A DNA stretch of 64,000 bases, taken from Escherichia phage vB_EcoM_P8. Below the pieces are notes generated by a model, which did not search any database, had not been told where the DNA came from, and was given only the letters and a program-made list of their open reading frames with translations. The stretch lies in the sequence record PV390659.2; one strand, written 5' to 3'. Both the position numbers and the translations under genes were made by a program. Numbering within the stretch: position 1 is the stretch's first letter; every line of letters starts with the position of its first letter. Shown in pieces: positions 1 to 10,146 of this stretch.

Positions 1-1241
1 CCGGCGTTATTCAGGTTGGTTCAAACTTCAGCAAAGGAGCTATCGGTGGTATGAGAAGTGCTTCTCGTTTTAAATCTAATGATTATGAACTAGAAAGCTT
101 CCGAAATCATATTGCATTGGCTCATGCACGTTTACGTGATCCATCTATCAAGCTGCAGAGCGATATAACATATCAAGGTTCTCAAGAATATTTAAAGAAT
201 AAAGAATTTTTTGATTATAAAACTGATAAAATTTTAAGCGATCTCGCTGACATTAATATTTCTAATAGCTTTGATGTTATTAAGAAAATTATCAATGATT
301 TAGTTAAAGGTTCTAAAGCCACGCCAGACGAAAAGGTAGCTATTGTTCAATTTGTCATGAATGGCATTTATAAATTGATTAATGAGTCTGCTTCTCAAGC
401 GTATGAATATGCAAGTACTGAAGTACCCCCAAAAGGATTAACTCAGGCTGAGTCTGATGTAATTGAAGATTATTGCGCGGATTCATATGTTGAAATGAAC
501 TCGTTCCTTTTAGGTAAACCGGATTCTACTCGTGAAGAATATATGGAACGAGCTATTAAACACATCGAGACGATGGATTCTGCTTTTGCCAAAGGATCAG
601 TTCTTCCTCCAGGAACTACGCTTTACCGTGGCCAAGAAGTTACCTTTAAAACTTTACGTCATAATATTGAAAATAAAATGTTCTATTTTAAGAACTTCGT
701 ATCCACATCGCTTAAACCAAATATCTTCGGTGAGTATGGTAAAAACTATATGGCTCTAGATGATTCCAGCGCAGTATTTTCTGGTGAAGGAGAAGGTTCT
801 GTTGACGCAGAAGATTTGATGCATATGGGCAGTCACTCTGCTTATGCGAATGAAGATGCTGAAACTAGCGTAGGTATGGTAATAAAAGGAGCTGAGCGAA
901 TCAAAGTTATCGTTCCGGGTCATTTATCAGGATTTCCGTCAGAAGCTGAAGTTATTTTACCACGTGGAATTTTGCTGAAGATTAATAAAGTGAGCACGTA
1001 CATGATGAAAGAAACTGCTTATAACAAGTATTTAATCGAAGGTACAATCGTTCCTCCTTCTGAACAATTAGAAGAATCGGTATATGATGGCGATCATCTG
1101 ATGGAAACTGGTGAAGTTCGTCCAATGGCTGGATTTAATCAATTCCTTGTAGAAGAATCAAAAGAAGAGGAAAACGAAGTTTCTCAAATCTTGGCTTCTT
1201 TGGTTAACATCAACGGAATGTCTAAAAAGTTCAAGATGTAG
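1..1241 (+). CDS. alt: ADP-ribosyltransferase Alt, C-terminal portion; reading frame is open to position 1, so the gene is 5'-truncated by the window edge
   Basis: No in-frame stop upstream of M at 51; ART motifs present (LYRGQ Arg, STS, SEAEV E-x-E); position next to gene 54 as in T4. Confidence 0.8.
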   Translation, partial: GVIQVGSNFSKGAIGGMRSASRFKSNDYELESFRNHIALAHARLRDPSIKLQSDITYQGSQEYLKNKEFFDYKTDKILSDLADINISNSFDVIKKIINDLVKGSKATPDEKVAIVQFVMNGIYKLINESASQAYEYASTEVPPKGLTQAESDVIEDYCADSYVEMNSFLLGKPDSTREEYMERAIKHIETMDSAFAKGSVLPPGTTLYRGQEVTFKTLRHNIENKMFYFKNFVSTSLKPNIFGEYGKNYMALDDSSAVFSGEGEGSVDAEDLMHMGSHSAYANEDAETSVGMVIKGAERIKVIVPGHLSGFPSEAEVILPRGILLKINKVSTYMMKETAYNKYLIEGTIVPPSEQLEESVYDGDHLMETGEVRPMAGFNQFLVEESKEEENEVSQILASLVNINGMSKKFKM

Positions 1242-1261
1242 TTTACAAGTCCCTCGTGTTG

Positions 1262-1270
1262 TGTTATAAT
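1262..1270 (+). promoter_or_regulatory. extended -10 element (TGtTATAAT) upstream of the 96-aa ORF
   Basis: tgttataat about 30 nt upstream of ATG 1302; GAGGA ribosome-binding site follows. Confidence 0.35.
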
Positions 1271-1301
1271 AATCTTACTGACATAACATGAGGAACACAA
1301 A

Positions 1302-1592
1302 ATGAAATCTTCTTTACGCTTTTTAGGTCAAGAACTTGTAGTTGAAGGCGTTATTCCTGCTGATAACGCTTTTAATGAAGCAGTTTACGATGAATTTATC
1401 AAAATTTTTGGAACAGATAAAAAGTTCGGAATTTTTCCTTCTGAAAATTTTTCAAAGCCAGAACAGACTGAAAGCATTTTCCAGGGTGTAGTAACAGGTA
1501 AATTTGAATCAGAAGCTCCGGTAAAAATTGAAGTTTATATTGAAGACAGTTTAGTTGCTTCAGTTGCTGCTTTTATTTCATTCCGTAAATAA
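1302..1592 (+). CDS. hypothetical protein, 96 aa, immediately downstream of alt
   Basis: ORF with GAGGA ribosome-binding site; no recognisable motif. Confidence 0.5.
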   Translation: MKSSLRFLGQELVVEGVIPADNAFNEAVYDEFIKIFGTDKKFGIFPSENFSKPEQTESIFQGVVTGKFESEAPVKIEVYIEDSLVASVAAFISFRK

Positions 1593-1595
1593 AAA

Positions 1596-1620
1596 CATGG
1601 GGACCGAAAGGTCCCCATTG
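1596..1620. terminator. bidirectional intrinsic terminator between convergent genes
   Basis: Hairpin ggggacc-gaaa-ggtcccc at 1599..1616 with a U-tract on the minus-strand side (AUGUUUUU) and a weaker U-rich tract on the plus side. Confidence 0.7.
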
Positions 1621-2586
1621 TTATATTGCTCCTAATATTTTACTTTGCGAGTTGACAATTCCCGTCATAGTATTAATGTTTGAAATGCTTCCTGCAGTTC
1701 CTCCTAATCTACTAAGTCGTGAAAGCGAATTAGATAGTCCAGTAACACCTCCACTATTTCCGAGAACGCTTTGAATGCCATTTATAGCAGCAGATTCAAG
1801 CCATTCAAGCGCAGCTTGTCTATCAACTGCTCCAGCCTGCATGACTCTATACGCAAAAGTAACATCAAATGTAGTTATTTGGTTATCTCCATCATATGAT
1901 AACTCAGGAGCACTCACTGACACTGGAATGCATCCGGTGAACATCACAGCAGTATGAGGTAATCCATTACGAGCATGAAGATTAACCTGAATATCTGCCT
2001 CGACATCTTGTGGCAAAGCACGCAATCCAGTTACTGGGTCTTGAACAGCGTTAACCCAGTCTTGCATTGCACGATAGTTACAAGCTTCTGAATCCATCCT
2101 AAATGAAATAACCAAAGGGTCTAATTCTCTCCCAGTTATACGAATATTAGGAGAATTATAGTTCCAGTCAGTTTCATAGGATAATCTATTCTCTGGCATT
2201 TTTACGGAATATATCATCAATCCAGATGAGTTATATGCCATGTTAAAGAAGTCAATTAAATATGTACCAACTGTAAATGAGCCCAATAAACTTTGAACTG
2301 TACGTTGACTCATGGCACCAATAAGATATTTACTAACCCCTGATTTTCTTATCAGTTTTTGTGTGCCAGCGGTAATTAGCGTGGTAATTCCCTGATTAAT
2401 ATCGCCTTGAGTCAATCCTAACCAATCTGAATTTAGACCCAAGTTATTATAAGAAAAGTTGCTAATTGAACTTATCAACGAAGAGCTTTTAGTTGATGGA
2501 GTTGTCGCAAAAACGCAGCTAAACATATTATTACGTTGGAAATCTGCGTTTATTGCTTGATTATTAAATTCCTCTAAAGAATACAT
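1621..2586 (-). CDS. 54: baseplate tail-tube initiator gp54
   Basis: 321 aa; size and position match T4 gp54. Confidence 0.8.
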   Translation of the reverse strand: MYSLEEFNNQAINADFQRNNMFSCVFATTPSTKSSSLISSISNFSYNNLGLNSDWLGLTQGDINQGITTLITAGTQKLIRKSGVSKYLIGAMSQRTVQSLLGSFTVGTYLIDFFNMAYNSSGLMIYSVKMPENRLSYETDWNYNSPNIRITGRELDPLVISFRMDSEACNYRAMQDWVNAVQDPVTGLRALPQDVEADIQVNLHARNGLPHTAVMFTGCIPVSVSAPELSYDGDNQITTFDVTFAYRVMQAGAVDRQAALEWLESAAINGIQSVLGNSGGVTGLSNSLSRLSRLGGTAGSISNINTMTGIVNSQSKILGAI

Positions 2587-3680
2587 TAAAAAGTCCCCGC
2601 ATATAAAGAAGCACGGTTTAACGTGATAATTTCTCTCATAGTAATCTCAAGAGTAAATGTACTAGGGAGGTTTGGAGCAATAGCTAATCCGTTAAAGTTA
2701 CCATTAGGCGTTTTATCAAATCTGATGCTTTGTATTTGGCATGGGCCAAATATTTCCGTTTTTCCATCAAACTTAGATGTTGCACCAAAGTTTTTCACCA
2801 TCCAAATTGTCGGGTTTGAAACTACTAGGACGTTAGTTAAACTCGATGTCATTTTCTCAAATAGTGTTTTATTTTTAGCTGCGTCTTCCGGAGATAAAGG
2901 TTCAATTAACGTAGAACGATACCAATCGTCTAAATACCCCTTTATTTCAGCAGCATATTGAGATTTACCCGTTTCACCATAAGAAAAATAGTTAAAATAT
3001 TGATAGATATTAATAATAGCCATTAAATCTTCTGTGGAACGTGGAGTCAAATCCCATGTAAACACTTTAGTTCTATTCTCAGCACCACCATACATACTTC
3101 TGGCTGTCGTATAAATCTGTTCATTATTATCAGCCATTATACCTTGTGTTATACTTTCCAGTGCCCCAAATACTGCAGTTGAAGCAATATTACTTAGCAC
3201 ACCAGTAGCAGTACCTCCGCCTCTGCTGATAAGACTTTCTTGAACATCATTAAATCTATGTGATGATGTATCAACATCGGATTTAGATCTTGGTAAAAGA
3301 ATATTTGCAACAGGTGCTTTACTTATTGTTCCTGAATTATTATCTGATATTAATCCATTTGACAGTTTTGATACTGTATTACTGATAGTGTTTCTGGCTG
3401 TACGTAAAATACTCGAAGATGAAGAAGAGTAGTTAGATCTCATCGATCTAAGACTTCCAGAATCCCTAGATGACATATTGTATGCAGTAAATAATAATCC
3501 ATTCTTATATAGATCTGTTACCTGGAAGTCCCCTGTAGTGTCATTACCACTAGCACGCCCAGTTGGAAACTGGGCAGTGTATGTTTTAGTTGCTACTTCT
3601 GATTTAGTACTCTGCCCGGCTGAAATTTTCTCACCGGACTTTTTAATTAAATCAGCAGTTATTTCTTTAACAATTGCCAT
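2586..3680 (-). CDS. 48: baseplate tail-tube associated protein gp48
   Basis: 364 aa; size and order match T4. Confidence 0.8.
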   Translation of the reverse strand: MAIVKEITADLIKKSGEKISAGQSTKSEVATKTYTAQFPTGRASGNDTTGDFQVTDLYKNGLLFTAYNMSSRDSGSLRSMRSNYSSSSSSILRTARNTISNTVSKLSNGLISDNNSGTISKAPVANILLPRSKSDVDTSSHRFNDVQESLISRGGGTATGVLSNIASTAVFGALESITQGIMADNNEQIYTTARSMYGGAENRTKVFTWDLTPRSTEDLMAIINIYQYFNYFSYGETGKSQYAAEIKGYLDDWYRSTLIEPLSPEDAAKNKTLFEKMTSSLTNVLVVSNPTIWMVKNFGATSKFDGKTEIFGPCQIQSIRFDKTPNGNFNGLAIAPNLPSTFTLEITMREIITLNRASLYAGTF

Positions 3681-3688
3681 ATTATTCC

Positions 3689-5461
3689 TTAATTAACTCC
3701 AGTCGCATCAAATACACCAGGAGCAGTTGTACTCGTAACAGGTGTCATATTATGAACGACAGTATTTTTCTTAATAACATTATTAGTATTATTGATTGAA
3801 GGAGATGCTTGTTGAACAGGAGCTTGCTGTGCTTTGTTCTTTTCTATTACCTGGACTTGTTTTGCTTCTGGCGATTTAGCAGAAGTTTCAGGCTTGGCGT
3901 TAGGCTGATTTTTCTTGAGCTCTTGATAAGTAGCATCAATTTTAGAAAATCTAGCAGCAAGTTCTTTTTTAACTGCCGGTGAATTATTTAAATCCGGGTC
4001 ATCCATCCGTTTTTTAAGGTCTTCATAGGCAGCTTCAACTGATTTAACTGTTGAGTCTTTACTCATATCAGCTGAATCAGCATATTTTTCAAAGCGAATC
4101 ATCGCGGCACGCGCTTCATTAGCCTTCATTAAAGCATTTTTTCTTTCTTCAGGTGAAAGTTGCTTTAATTTTTCTTCTTCTGCTGCACGTTCTTCGTCGG
4201 TAGTTAGTGCTTCTTTATTATCAACGCCACGAATCCAGTTAGATGCACGAGTTTTCCAATTAGCAATTTTATCTAATCCTTTTGCTATCGGACCAAGGTC
4301 TCCATTCATTCGTTTATCTTGATAATTTGCAACTTTTTCCTGGTCTTCTTTATTGAGAGATGCTCCAGTAGAATTTTGGAAATTTTCTAGCGCTCTTCCT
4401 TCTACTTCATCAGCGGTATCCTTCATACCAGGAATAACTCGAAGAATTGCCGCAGATAATTTAGCCATTCCAAGCTGAATAAGTTCTCCTAAATTATAAA
4501 GAACCTTTCCAAGCCCTTCTACAATAGCTACTGTCAATCCGCCCCAATCTCCAGCTTCCCAGAATTTTTTAATTTCATCAATAGAACTAAAGATGCTCTG
4601 TAATAAAGGACCCCATGTTCCAGTTTCGCTAGAGAATTTAGTAAAGTCTGTACTAAACAAATCCCAAGCCTGTGAAAATTTATCTGACCAATATTTGAAA
4701 TGAACCATCAGCAGGTCTATTCCGACAACAACAGCCAATATCATTGCTGTCATTTTAGCAGCTTCAATAGCAGCACTGACGGTATACTTAAATAGCATGC
4801 TTGATATTTTATCAGTAATTGAAATAGATTTCTTAAATCCGAAATCAACAGTCTTTGTTAATTTATCTAAAGCTTGAGATAATTTTAAGTTAAATGCGTC
4901 TTTTTTCTGTTTTTCTTCTGGCGATTCTTGTTTAGGTTCAACTGGCTGAGGGGTAGGGAAAAAATCAGCATCAGGATCATTATTAACTGCTTCAGGAGCT
5001 GGTAATAAAGGACCCACAGATTCAGCTGTATCATCCTCAACAACTTTAACAGGAATAGCGCTTTCGACTGTGGCTAAACTAGTTCCTGTTTGTTGAATTC
5101 CGGCTGTCTGGATTTTTTGCTCGAGTAAACTGGTTAATTTATCTAATTTGCTCCCGAGTGATTCACCGATTTCTTTATTAATATTGTTGCCAATTTCGAC
5201 AGTTTCAGCAATTAACTCAGAACCAGCAGTAGTATCACTCACTGCGCTTTCTACATTGTCAATTGCTCCAATTATTTCATTCGATTTTTCTTCGACAGTT
5301 TGAGCAATTAATTCAGAAGCAGCTTGAGCATCATCCAATTTCGTAGATATATCGTTAAGTCCAGATAAAGTGTTAGAAGCGGATTTAGCCGCTTCCTGTG
5401 TTGGTTTATTATCTGAAATAACTTTTCTACGCATCGTTTGCATTTCTTGTGGCTTTTTCAT
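3689..5461 (-). CDS. 29: tail tape-measure / baseplate hub protein gp29
   Basis: 590 aa; coiled-coil-rich; size and order match T4. Confidence 0.8.
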   Translation of the reverse strand: MKKPQEMQTMRRKVISDNKPTQEAAKSASNTLSGLNDISTKLDDAQAASELIAQTVEEKSNEIIGAIDNVESAVSDTTAGSELIAETVEIGNNINKEIGESLGSKLDKLTSLLEQKIQTAGIQQTGTSLATVESAIPVKVVEDDTAESVGPLLPAPEAVNNDPDADFFPTPQPVEPKQESPEEKQKKDAFNLKLSQALDKLTKTVDFGFKKSISITDKISSMLFKYTVSAAIEAAKMTAMILAVVVGIDLLMVHFKYWSDKFSQAWDLFSTDFTKFSSETGTWGPLLQSIFSSIDEIKKFWEAGDWGGLTVAIVEGLGKVLYNLGELIQLGMAKLSAAILRVIPGMKDTADEVEGRALENFQNSTGASLNKEDQEKVANYQDKRMNGDLGPIAKGLDKIANWKTRASNWIRGVDNKEALTTDEERAAEEEKLKQLSPEERKNALMKANEARAAMIRFEKYADSADMSKDSTVKSVEAAYEDLKKRMDDPDLNNSPAVKKELAARFSKIDATYQELKKNQPNAKPETSAKSPEAKQVQVIEKNKAQQAPVQQASPSINNTNNVIKKNTVVHNMTPVTSTTAPGVFDATGVN

Positions 5462-5991
5462 TCAAATAATCCAATAATATTGCCAATTCCGGTTATTGGA
5501 CCATTAGGGCCAGGAATTGCTAAAGTTGTAAAAATATCATTTGCCCATTTTAAAACGAATGCTGGCATCTCAAGAAAATTAATTTCTTTAACTTCATCAT
5601 TGACCTTAAGCAAGCATTTGGATAACATATCGCTCACAGTTAAAAATTGTTCAAATTTTCCAGGAGGTCTAAAATAAAATGTATTTCCTTGGTATTGAAA
5701 TTCTAATCTTTGGCATACATAAACATCATTAATGTCATAAGTATAACCATCTATTTCTTTACGAGATTTAATCTTTCCATTAAATTCCAATAAATGAATA
5801 GAAACGAAATCAACTTCTGCCGGTGATAAATTTGGACAAATAGAATCAATAAGAAGTTTTAAATTTTCATCAGGACCTTTAACATCTTTTAAAATGTTAT
5901 AGTGTTTAAGACCCATTTTAGGAATAGAAACTTCTTTATTGCTTATTGGAAGAACTACTTTCTTCAGTGGTAGTATCAGATTTAAATTCAT
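5458..5991 (-). CDS. 28: baseplate hub distal subunit gp28
   Basis: 177 aa; synteny; start overlaps the end of gene 27 in the track. Confidence 0.7.
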   Translation of the reverse strand: MNLNLILPLKKVVLPISNKEVSIPKMGLKHYNILKDVKGPDENLKLLIDSICPNLSPAEVDFVSIHLLEFNGKIKSRKEIDGYTYDINDVYVCQRLEFQYQGNTFYFRPPGKFEQFLTVSDMLSKCLLKVNDEVKEINFLEMPAFVLKWANDIFTTLAIPGPNGPITGIGNIIGLFE

Positions 5992-7111
5992 TTTTAACCT
6001 TAACTGGATCTATTGTTTCCAGTTTCGTTGCATTAGTGAACATATATAGATGAGTTACTGAATTATTATTGGATAATTCATGGATGACTTCATCAACGTA
6101 AAATTCTGTTTTAAATTGGTTTTTACTATCATTAAAAATAATTTTAACGCCAGGGGTTAAGTTAAAATTACCGACAGTAGAACATTTAGCATAGCCATCG
6201 TATTGCGCCATAGTTTGAAGACGAATAGCTTCTTCATATCCATTCCTATAAGTCATTTCAGAATAAGCACCTGACCTTGACACTACAATAGAGTTTTCGC
6301 CCTTTCCTGTAGTAATCATTGGCAATGAAGAATCTAAAAATGAATGCGCATAGATAGTAGCGTTTTTCATTGGGTCACGTTTGTGAGGATTTGATTTAGT
6401 CAACCAAACGAAATCATATGCTAATGGATATTTTAATTCTTGGATAAATTGACCTATTAAAGATGGCTCACCGACAATCATCGGATACGGTTCTTGATTT
6501 ATCATCATATCATAGTCCATCATGTTAACTCCCATGATGTCTTGCCACACAAATACAAATTTGTCACTTCCTACAGCTAGAGCAACTTCTCTGACATATG
6601 ACAAATAGTTTTCAAATGTACTAGTCCACGGAATATCAGGAACATAAGCATTTATAGCATTTATTGCTGGAGTTAATAACGTGCGATCCTGATAAATGAC
6701 ACCAAGCATTTCCTTTATAGATTCACCTGCATCAGAGAAAAACGGTCTGCCAAATTTAAGATTTTCTATAGAATGAATAGTTCCCAATTCAATAGCAATG
6801 ATGTTATCACCCTTTGAATCTACTGACACGGAAAAATGCTTACATCCATAAATTCTTGTTTTAACATTATTAATATCGTTTGCATTAGCTACAGAAATCT
6901 GAATTATTTCATTTCCATCCATTTTTGTATGGATGTTTTTAGAATCATAAAACTGCAGCATTCCTTCATTTCGGCCATAAAGAGAATCCCGCATAGTTAA
7001 TGTGGTAATAGTAGCAGCTAATTCAACAAATCTATTATTACTCCAAGCGTCATAGCTATCAAATAATTTAACGCTGAGATTTGGATATCCTGGGCGTTGC
7101 AACATACTCAT
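5936..7111 (-). CDS. 27: baseplate hub subunit gp27
   Basis: 391 aa; size and order match T4. Confidence 0.8.
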   Translation of the reverse strand: MSMLQRPGYPNLSVKLFDSYDAWSNNRFVELAATITTLTMRDSLYGRNEGMLQFYDSKNIHTKMDGNEIIQISVANANDINNVKTRIYGCKHFSVSVDSKGDNIIAIELGTIHSIENLKFGRPFFSDAGESIKEMLGVIYQDRTLLTPAINAINAYVPDIPWTSTFENYLSYVREVALAVGSDKFVFVWQDIMGVNMMDYDMMINQEPYPMIVGEPSLIGQFIQELKYPLAYDFVWLTKSNPHKRDPMKNATIYAHSFLDSSLPMITTGKGENSIVVSRSGAYSEMTYRNGYEEAIRLQTMAQYDGYAKCSTVGNFNLTPGVKIIFNDSKNQFKTEFYVDEVIHELSNNNSVTHLYMFTNATKLETIDPVKVKNEFKSDTTTEESSSSNKQ

Positions 7112-7860
7112 TATTGTTTATCCTTCTCAATCAGTTTTAATACGAATCCGCGCTCAGCAGGAATCATTTTCATTATTGAATTTAAGCTATAATTACTTTT
7201 TACAAGCGTGTGATTAATTTGATAAAAAGTAAATATTTCATCTGGGTTAACTAATAGCTTAAACACATCTACTATATCAGTGTATTTTTTTACATACTTG
7301 TCACAACAGGACATGTGTAGCGTTAAATTAATAGGATTCATTGCATCAAGAATTTTTTCTAATGTTTCTATCTCGATTGCATCAACAAGTTCTATTTGAC
7401 TTGATTCGCTAATTTCCTTCCAATCATACCATGTTTCATCTACTTGAACAGAATGAATATTTTCAGTAATCATCTTTGCTTTATTTTCATAAAACTCAGA
7501 AGGAAACTTTAATTTAATTTTAACATTAGCTACATCAAAAACAGGTTCCTTTAATTCTTTTTGATATATTTCAAATGGAACTGTCTTTTCTTTTTTACAT
7601 TTTGGACATACAAATGTGACCGGTACTTTAGTTTTACCTATTGACCCTACAAATACCTGCAAAAATATAAATGGTTGCCAAGTCTTCGGATAGTCTCCAA
7701 AATAATCAGCAATTAAATCAGCAATTATTTCTTTTTGTTCTTGTGGTGACCGATGTTCTATATCGTTTCGAACTAACAAAAAATCTCGATAATCTTCTAC
7801 CGTAAATGGTTTAAAACGATGAACACCATCTGGTAATTTACAACGAATAATGTTTGCCAT
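7111..7860 (-). CDS. 51: baseplate hub assembly catalyst gp51
   Basis: 249 aa; Cys-rich; synteny. Confidence 0.8.
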   Translation of the reverse strand: MANIIRCKLPDGVHRFKPFTVEDYRDFLLVRNDIEHRSPQEQKEIIADLIADYFGDYPKTWQPFIFLQVFVGSIGKTKVPVTFVCPKCKKEKTVPFEIYQKELKEPVFDVANVKIKLKFPSEFYENKAKMITENIHSVQVDETWYDWKEISESSQIELVDAIEIETLEKILDAMNPINLTLHMSCCDKYVKKYTDIVDVFKLLVNPDEIFTFYQINHTLVKSNYSLNSIMKMIPAERGFVLKLIEKDKQ

Positions 7861-7877
7861 AGATGCTCCTTTTATTC

Positions 7878-7889
7878 TATTTATAAATA
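7878..7889. promoter_or_regulatory. overlapping divergent late promoters (TATTTATAAATA) for genes 51 (minus) and 26 (plus)
   Basis: TATAAATA on plus at 7882..7889 and on minus (plus-strand tatttata) at 7878..7885, between divergent late genes. Confidence 0.6.
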
Positions 7890-7910
7890 TGATAAATAAA
7901 GGAGCTAAAT

Positions 7911-8537
7911 ATGTATGAATACAAATTTGATGTGAGAGTTGGTTCTAAAATAATCAACTGTCGCGCATTTACTCTTAAAGAATATCTAGAACTTATTACT
8001 GCTAAAAAGAACGGTTCAGTAGAAGAGATCGTTAAAAAGCTAATCAAAGACTGTACAAATGCAAAAGATTTAAACCGCCAAGAATCAGAACTACTATTGA
8101 TTCATTTATGGGCACATTCTCTTGGAGAAGTTAATCACGAAAACTCCTGGAAGTGCACCTGCGGAACTGAAATACCAACCCATATAAATCTATTACATAC
8201 ACAAATAGATGCACCAGAAGACCTCTGGTATACACTGGGTGACATTAAAATTAAGTTCCATTACCCTAAAATTTTTGATGATAAAAACATAGCCCACATG
8301 ATAGTATCATGTATAGAAACAATTCATGCTAACGGTGAAAGCATTCCAATTGAAGACTTGAATGAAAAAGAGTTGGAAGATTTATATTCTATCATCACAG
8401 AGTCAGATATTGTAGCTATAAAAGATATGCTTTTAAAGCCTACTGTTTATTTGGCTGTTCCAATTAAGTGTCCAGAGTGTGGAAAAACTCACGCTCATGT
8501 AATAAGAGGACTCAAAGAATTCTTTGAGCTATTGTAA
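7911..8537 (+). CDS. 26: baseplate hub subunit gp26
   Basis: 208 aa; synteny. Confidence 0.8.
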   Translation: MYEYKFDVRVGSKIINCRAFTLKEYLELITAKKNGSVEEIVKKLIKDCTNAKDLNRQESELLLIHLWAHSLGEVNHENSWKCTCGTEIPTHINLLHTQIDAPEDLWYTLGDIKIKFHYPKIFDDKNIAHMIVSCIETIHANGESIPIEDLNEKELEDLYSIITESDIVAIKDMLLKPTVYLAVPIKCPECGKTHAHVIRGLKEFFELL

Positions 8538-8935
8538 TGGCAAATATTAATAAGCTTTATTCTGACATTGACCCAGAAATGAAAATGGATTGGGACAAAG
8601 ACGTTTCCAGATCTCTTGGATTAAGGTCAATTAAAAATAGTCTTTTAGGAATTATTACAACCAGGAAAGGGTCAAGGCCATTTGACCCAGAATTTGGATG
8701 CGATTTATCTGATCAGCTTTTTGAGAATATGACTCCTCTTACTGCTGATACTGTTGAGCGTAACATTGAAAGCGCAGTAAGAAACTACGAGCCACGTATT
8801 GATAAATTAGCAGTTAATGTAATACCAGTTTATGATGATTATACTCTGATAGTAGAAATACGCTTTTCGGTCATCGATAACCCTGATGATATTGAGCAGA
8901 TAAAACTACAACTGGCTTCCAGTAACAGAGTATAA
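8537..8935 (+). CDS. 25: baseplate wedge / sheath initiator gp25
   Basis: 132 aa; synteny. Confidence 0.8.
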   Translation: MANINKLYSDIDPEMKMDWDKDVSRSLGLRSIKNSLLGIITTRKGSRPFDPEFGCDLSDQLFENMTPLTADTVERNIESAVRNYEPRIDKLAVNVIPVYDDYTLIVEIRFSVIDNPDDIEQIKLQLASSNRV

Positions 8936-8942
8936 TGCTTCA

Positions 8943-8970
8943 CGTATAAACGTGGTATAATGAATCTAAG
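8943..8970 (+). promoter_or_regulatory. MotA-type middle promoter upstream of uvsY
   Basis: MotA box aaTGCTTcA at 8943..8951, 13-nt gap, TATAAT at 8965..8970. Confidence 0.55.
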
Positions 8971-9001
8971 TCCATCCAATAACAACTGAATAGAGAACAA
9001 T

Positions 9002-9415
9002 ATGAAATTAGAAGATCTTCAAGAAGAATTGAAGAAAGATGTGTTTATAGATTCGACTAAATTACAGTATGAAGCAGCTAATAATGTGATGTTATATAGT
9101 AAATGGCTTAATAAGCATTCAAGTATTAAAAAGGAAATGCTTAGAATTGAAGCACAGAAAAAAGTTGCTCTTAAAGCTAAATTAGACTACTACTCGGGAC
9201 GAGGAGATGGTGATGAATTTAGTATGGATCGTTATGAGAAATCAGAAATGAAGACAGTTCTATCAGCTGATAAGGATGTTTTAAAAGTTGATACTTCATT
9301 ACAATATTGGGGAATTTTATTAGATTTCTGTAGCGGAGCTCTTGATGCTATTAAATCACGTGGATTTGCTATTAAGCATATTCAAGACATGCGAGCATTT
9401 GAGGCTGGAAAATAA
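9002..9415 (+). CDS. uvsY: recombination mediator UvsY
   Basis: 137 aa; synteny with uvsW. Confidence 0.85.
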   Translation: MKLEDLQEELKKDVFIDSTKLQYEAANNVMLYSKWLNKHSSIKKEMLRIEAQKKVALKAKLDYYSGRGDGDEFSMDRYEKSEMKTVLSADKDVLKVDTSLQYWGILLDFCSGALDAIKSRGFAIKHIQDMRAFEAGK

Positions 9416-9639
9416 TGAAATATAGCATTGATGATGCTTTTAATTATGAAGAAGAATTCGAAACGGAAATTCAATTCTTAATGAAAAAATATAATCTCAA
9501 GCGTCAGGATATTCGTATCCTGGCCGACCACCCATGCGGTGAAGATGTACTTTATATTAAAGGAAAATTTGCCGGATATCTTGATGAATATTTTTATTCT
9601 AAAGATATGGGCATTGATATGCATATGAGAGTTATATAA
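9415..9639 (+). CDS. hypothetical protein (uvsY.-1-like)
   Basis: 74 aa ORF; ATGA overlap with uvsY stop. Confidence 0.55.
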   Translation: MKYSIDDAFNYEEEFETEIQFLMKKYNLKRQDIRILADHPCGEDVLYIKGKFAGYLDEYFYSKDMGIDMHMRVI

Positions 9640-9667
9640 ATAGATATATAATTTAGAGGAGACAATC

Positions 9668-9835
9668 ATGTCAGATAAGATTTGTGTTGTCTGTAAAACT
9701 CCAATCGATTCTGCATTGGTTGTTGAAACAGACAAAGGTCCTGTACATCCTGGGCCTTGCTATAATTACATTAAAGAACTACCAGTTTCAGAAAGTTCGG
9801 AAGAACAATTAAATGAAACACAACTTTTGCTATAG
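9668..9835 (+). CDS. small Cys-containing protein, 55 aa (uvsY.-2-like), not in the ORF track
   Basis: ATG at 9668 preceded by GAGGAG; CxxC...C; hairpin and T-tract follow. Confidence 0.4.
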   Translation: MSDKICVVCKTPIDSALVVETDKGPVHPGPCYNYIKELPVSESSEEQLNETQLLL

Positions 9836-9858
9836 TGTGACCTTTAGTCTATAGTTTT

Positions 9859-9887
9859 GGCCCTTCCTTTTTGGTTGGGCCTTTTTT
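9859..9887 (+). terminator. terminator-like hairpin plus T6 tract
   Basis: ggccc...gggcc followed by tttttt. Confidence 0.4.
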
Positions 9888-9890
9888 AAT

Positions 9891-10133
9891 TTAAAAGCTT
9901 TCTTCTACTTCATCGTCTGAATCTTCTAATTCAGCTCTTTTTCCTGCCAAAGCATCTCTAACTGAGATGTCATCAGTATCTTTTAATTCAGTTTCTTTAA
10001 CTCTTTTCTTATAATAAGCTTCAAGTTCTTCTAGACCCTCTAATGTTTGACAAGAGGCAATTTTACCCATAAATTCATCAATAGAAGCTTCATAAAGAAA
10101 TTGTTTAAATTCTAGTAACATCTTTTTCTCCAA
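9891..10133 (-). CDS. uvsW.1: UvsW.1 small acidic protein
   Basis: 80 aa acidic helical ORF directly downstream of uvsW. Confidence 0.65.
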   Translation of the reverse strand: MEKKMLLEFKQFLYEASIDEFMGKIASCQTLEGLEELEAYYKKRVKETELKDTDDISVRDALAGKRAELEDSDDEVEESF

Positions 10134-10146
10134 AGGGCCGAAGCCC

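Noticed and set aside
532-759. Nested ORF within alt in another frame
   Set aside because: Lies entirely inside the well-supported alt reading frame with no ribosome-binding site; spurious.
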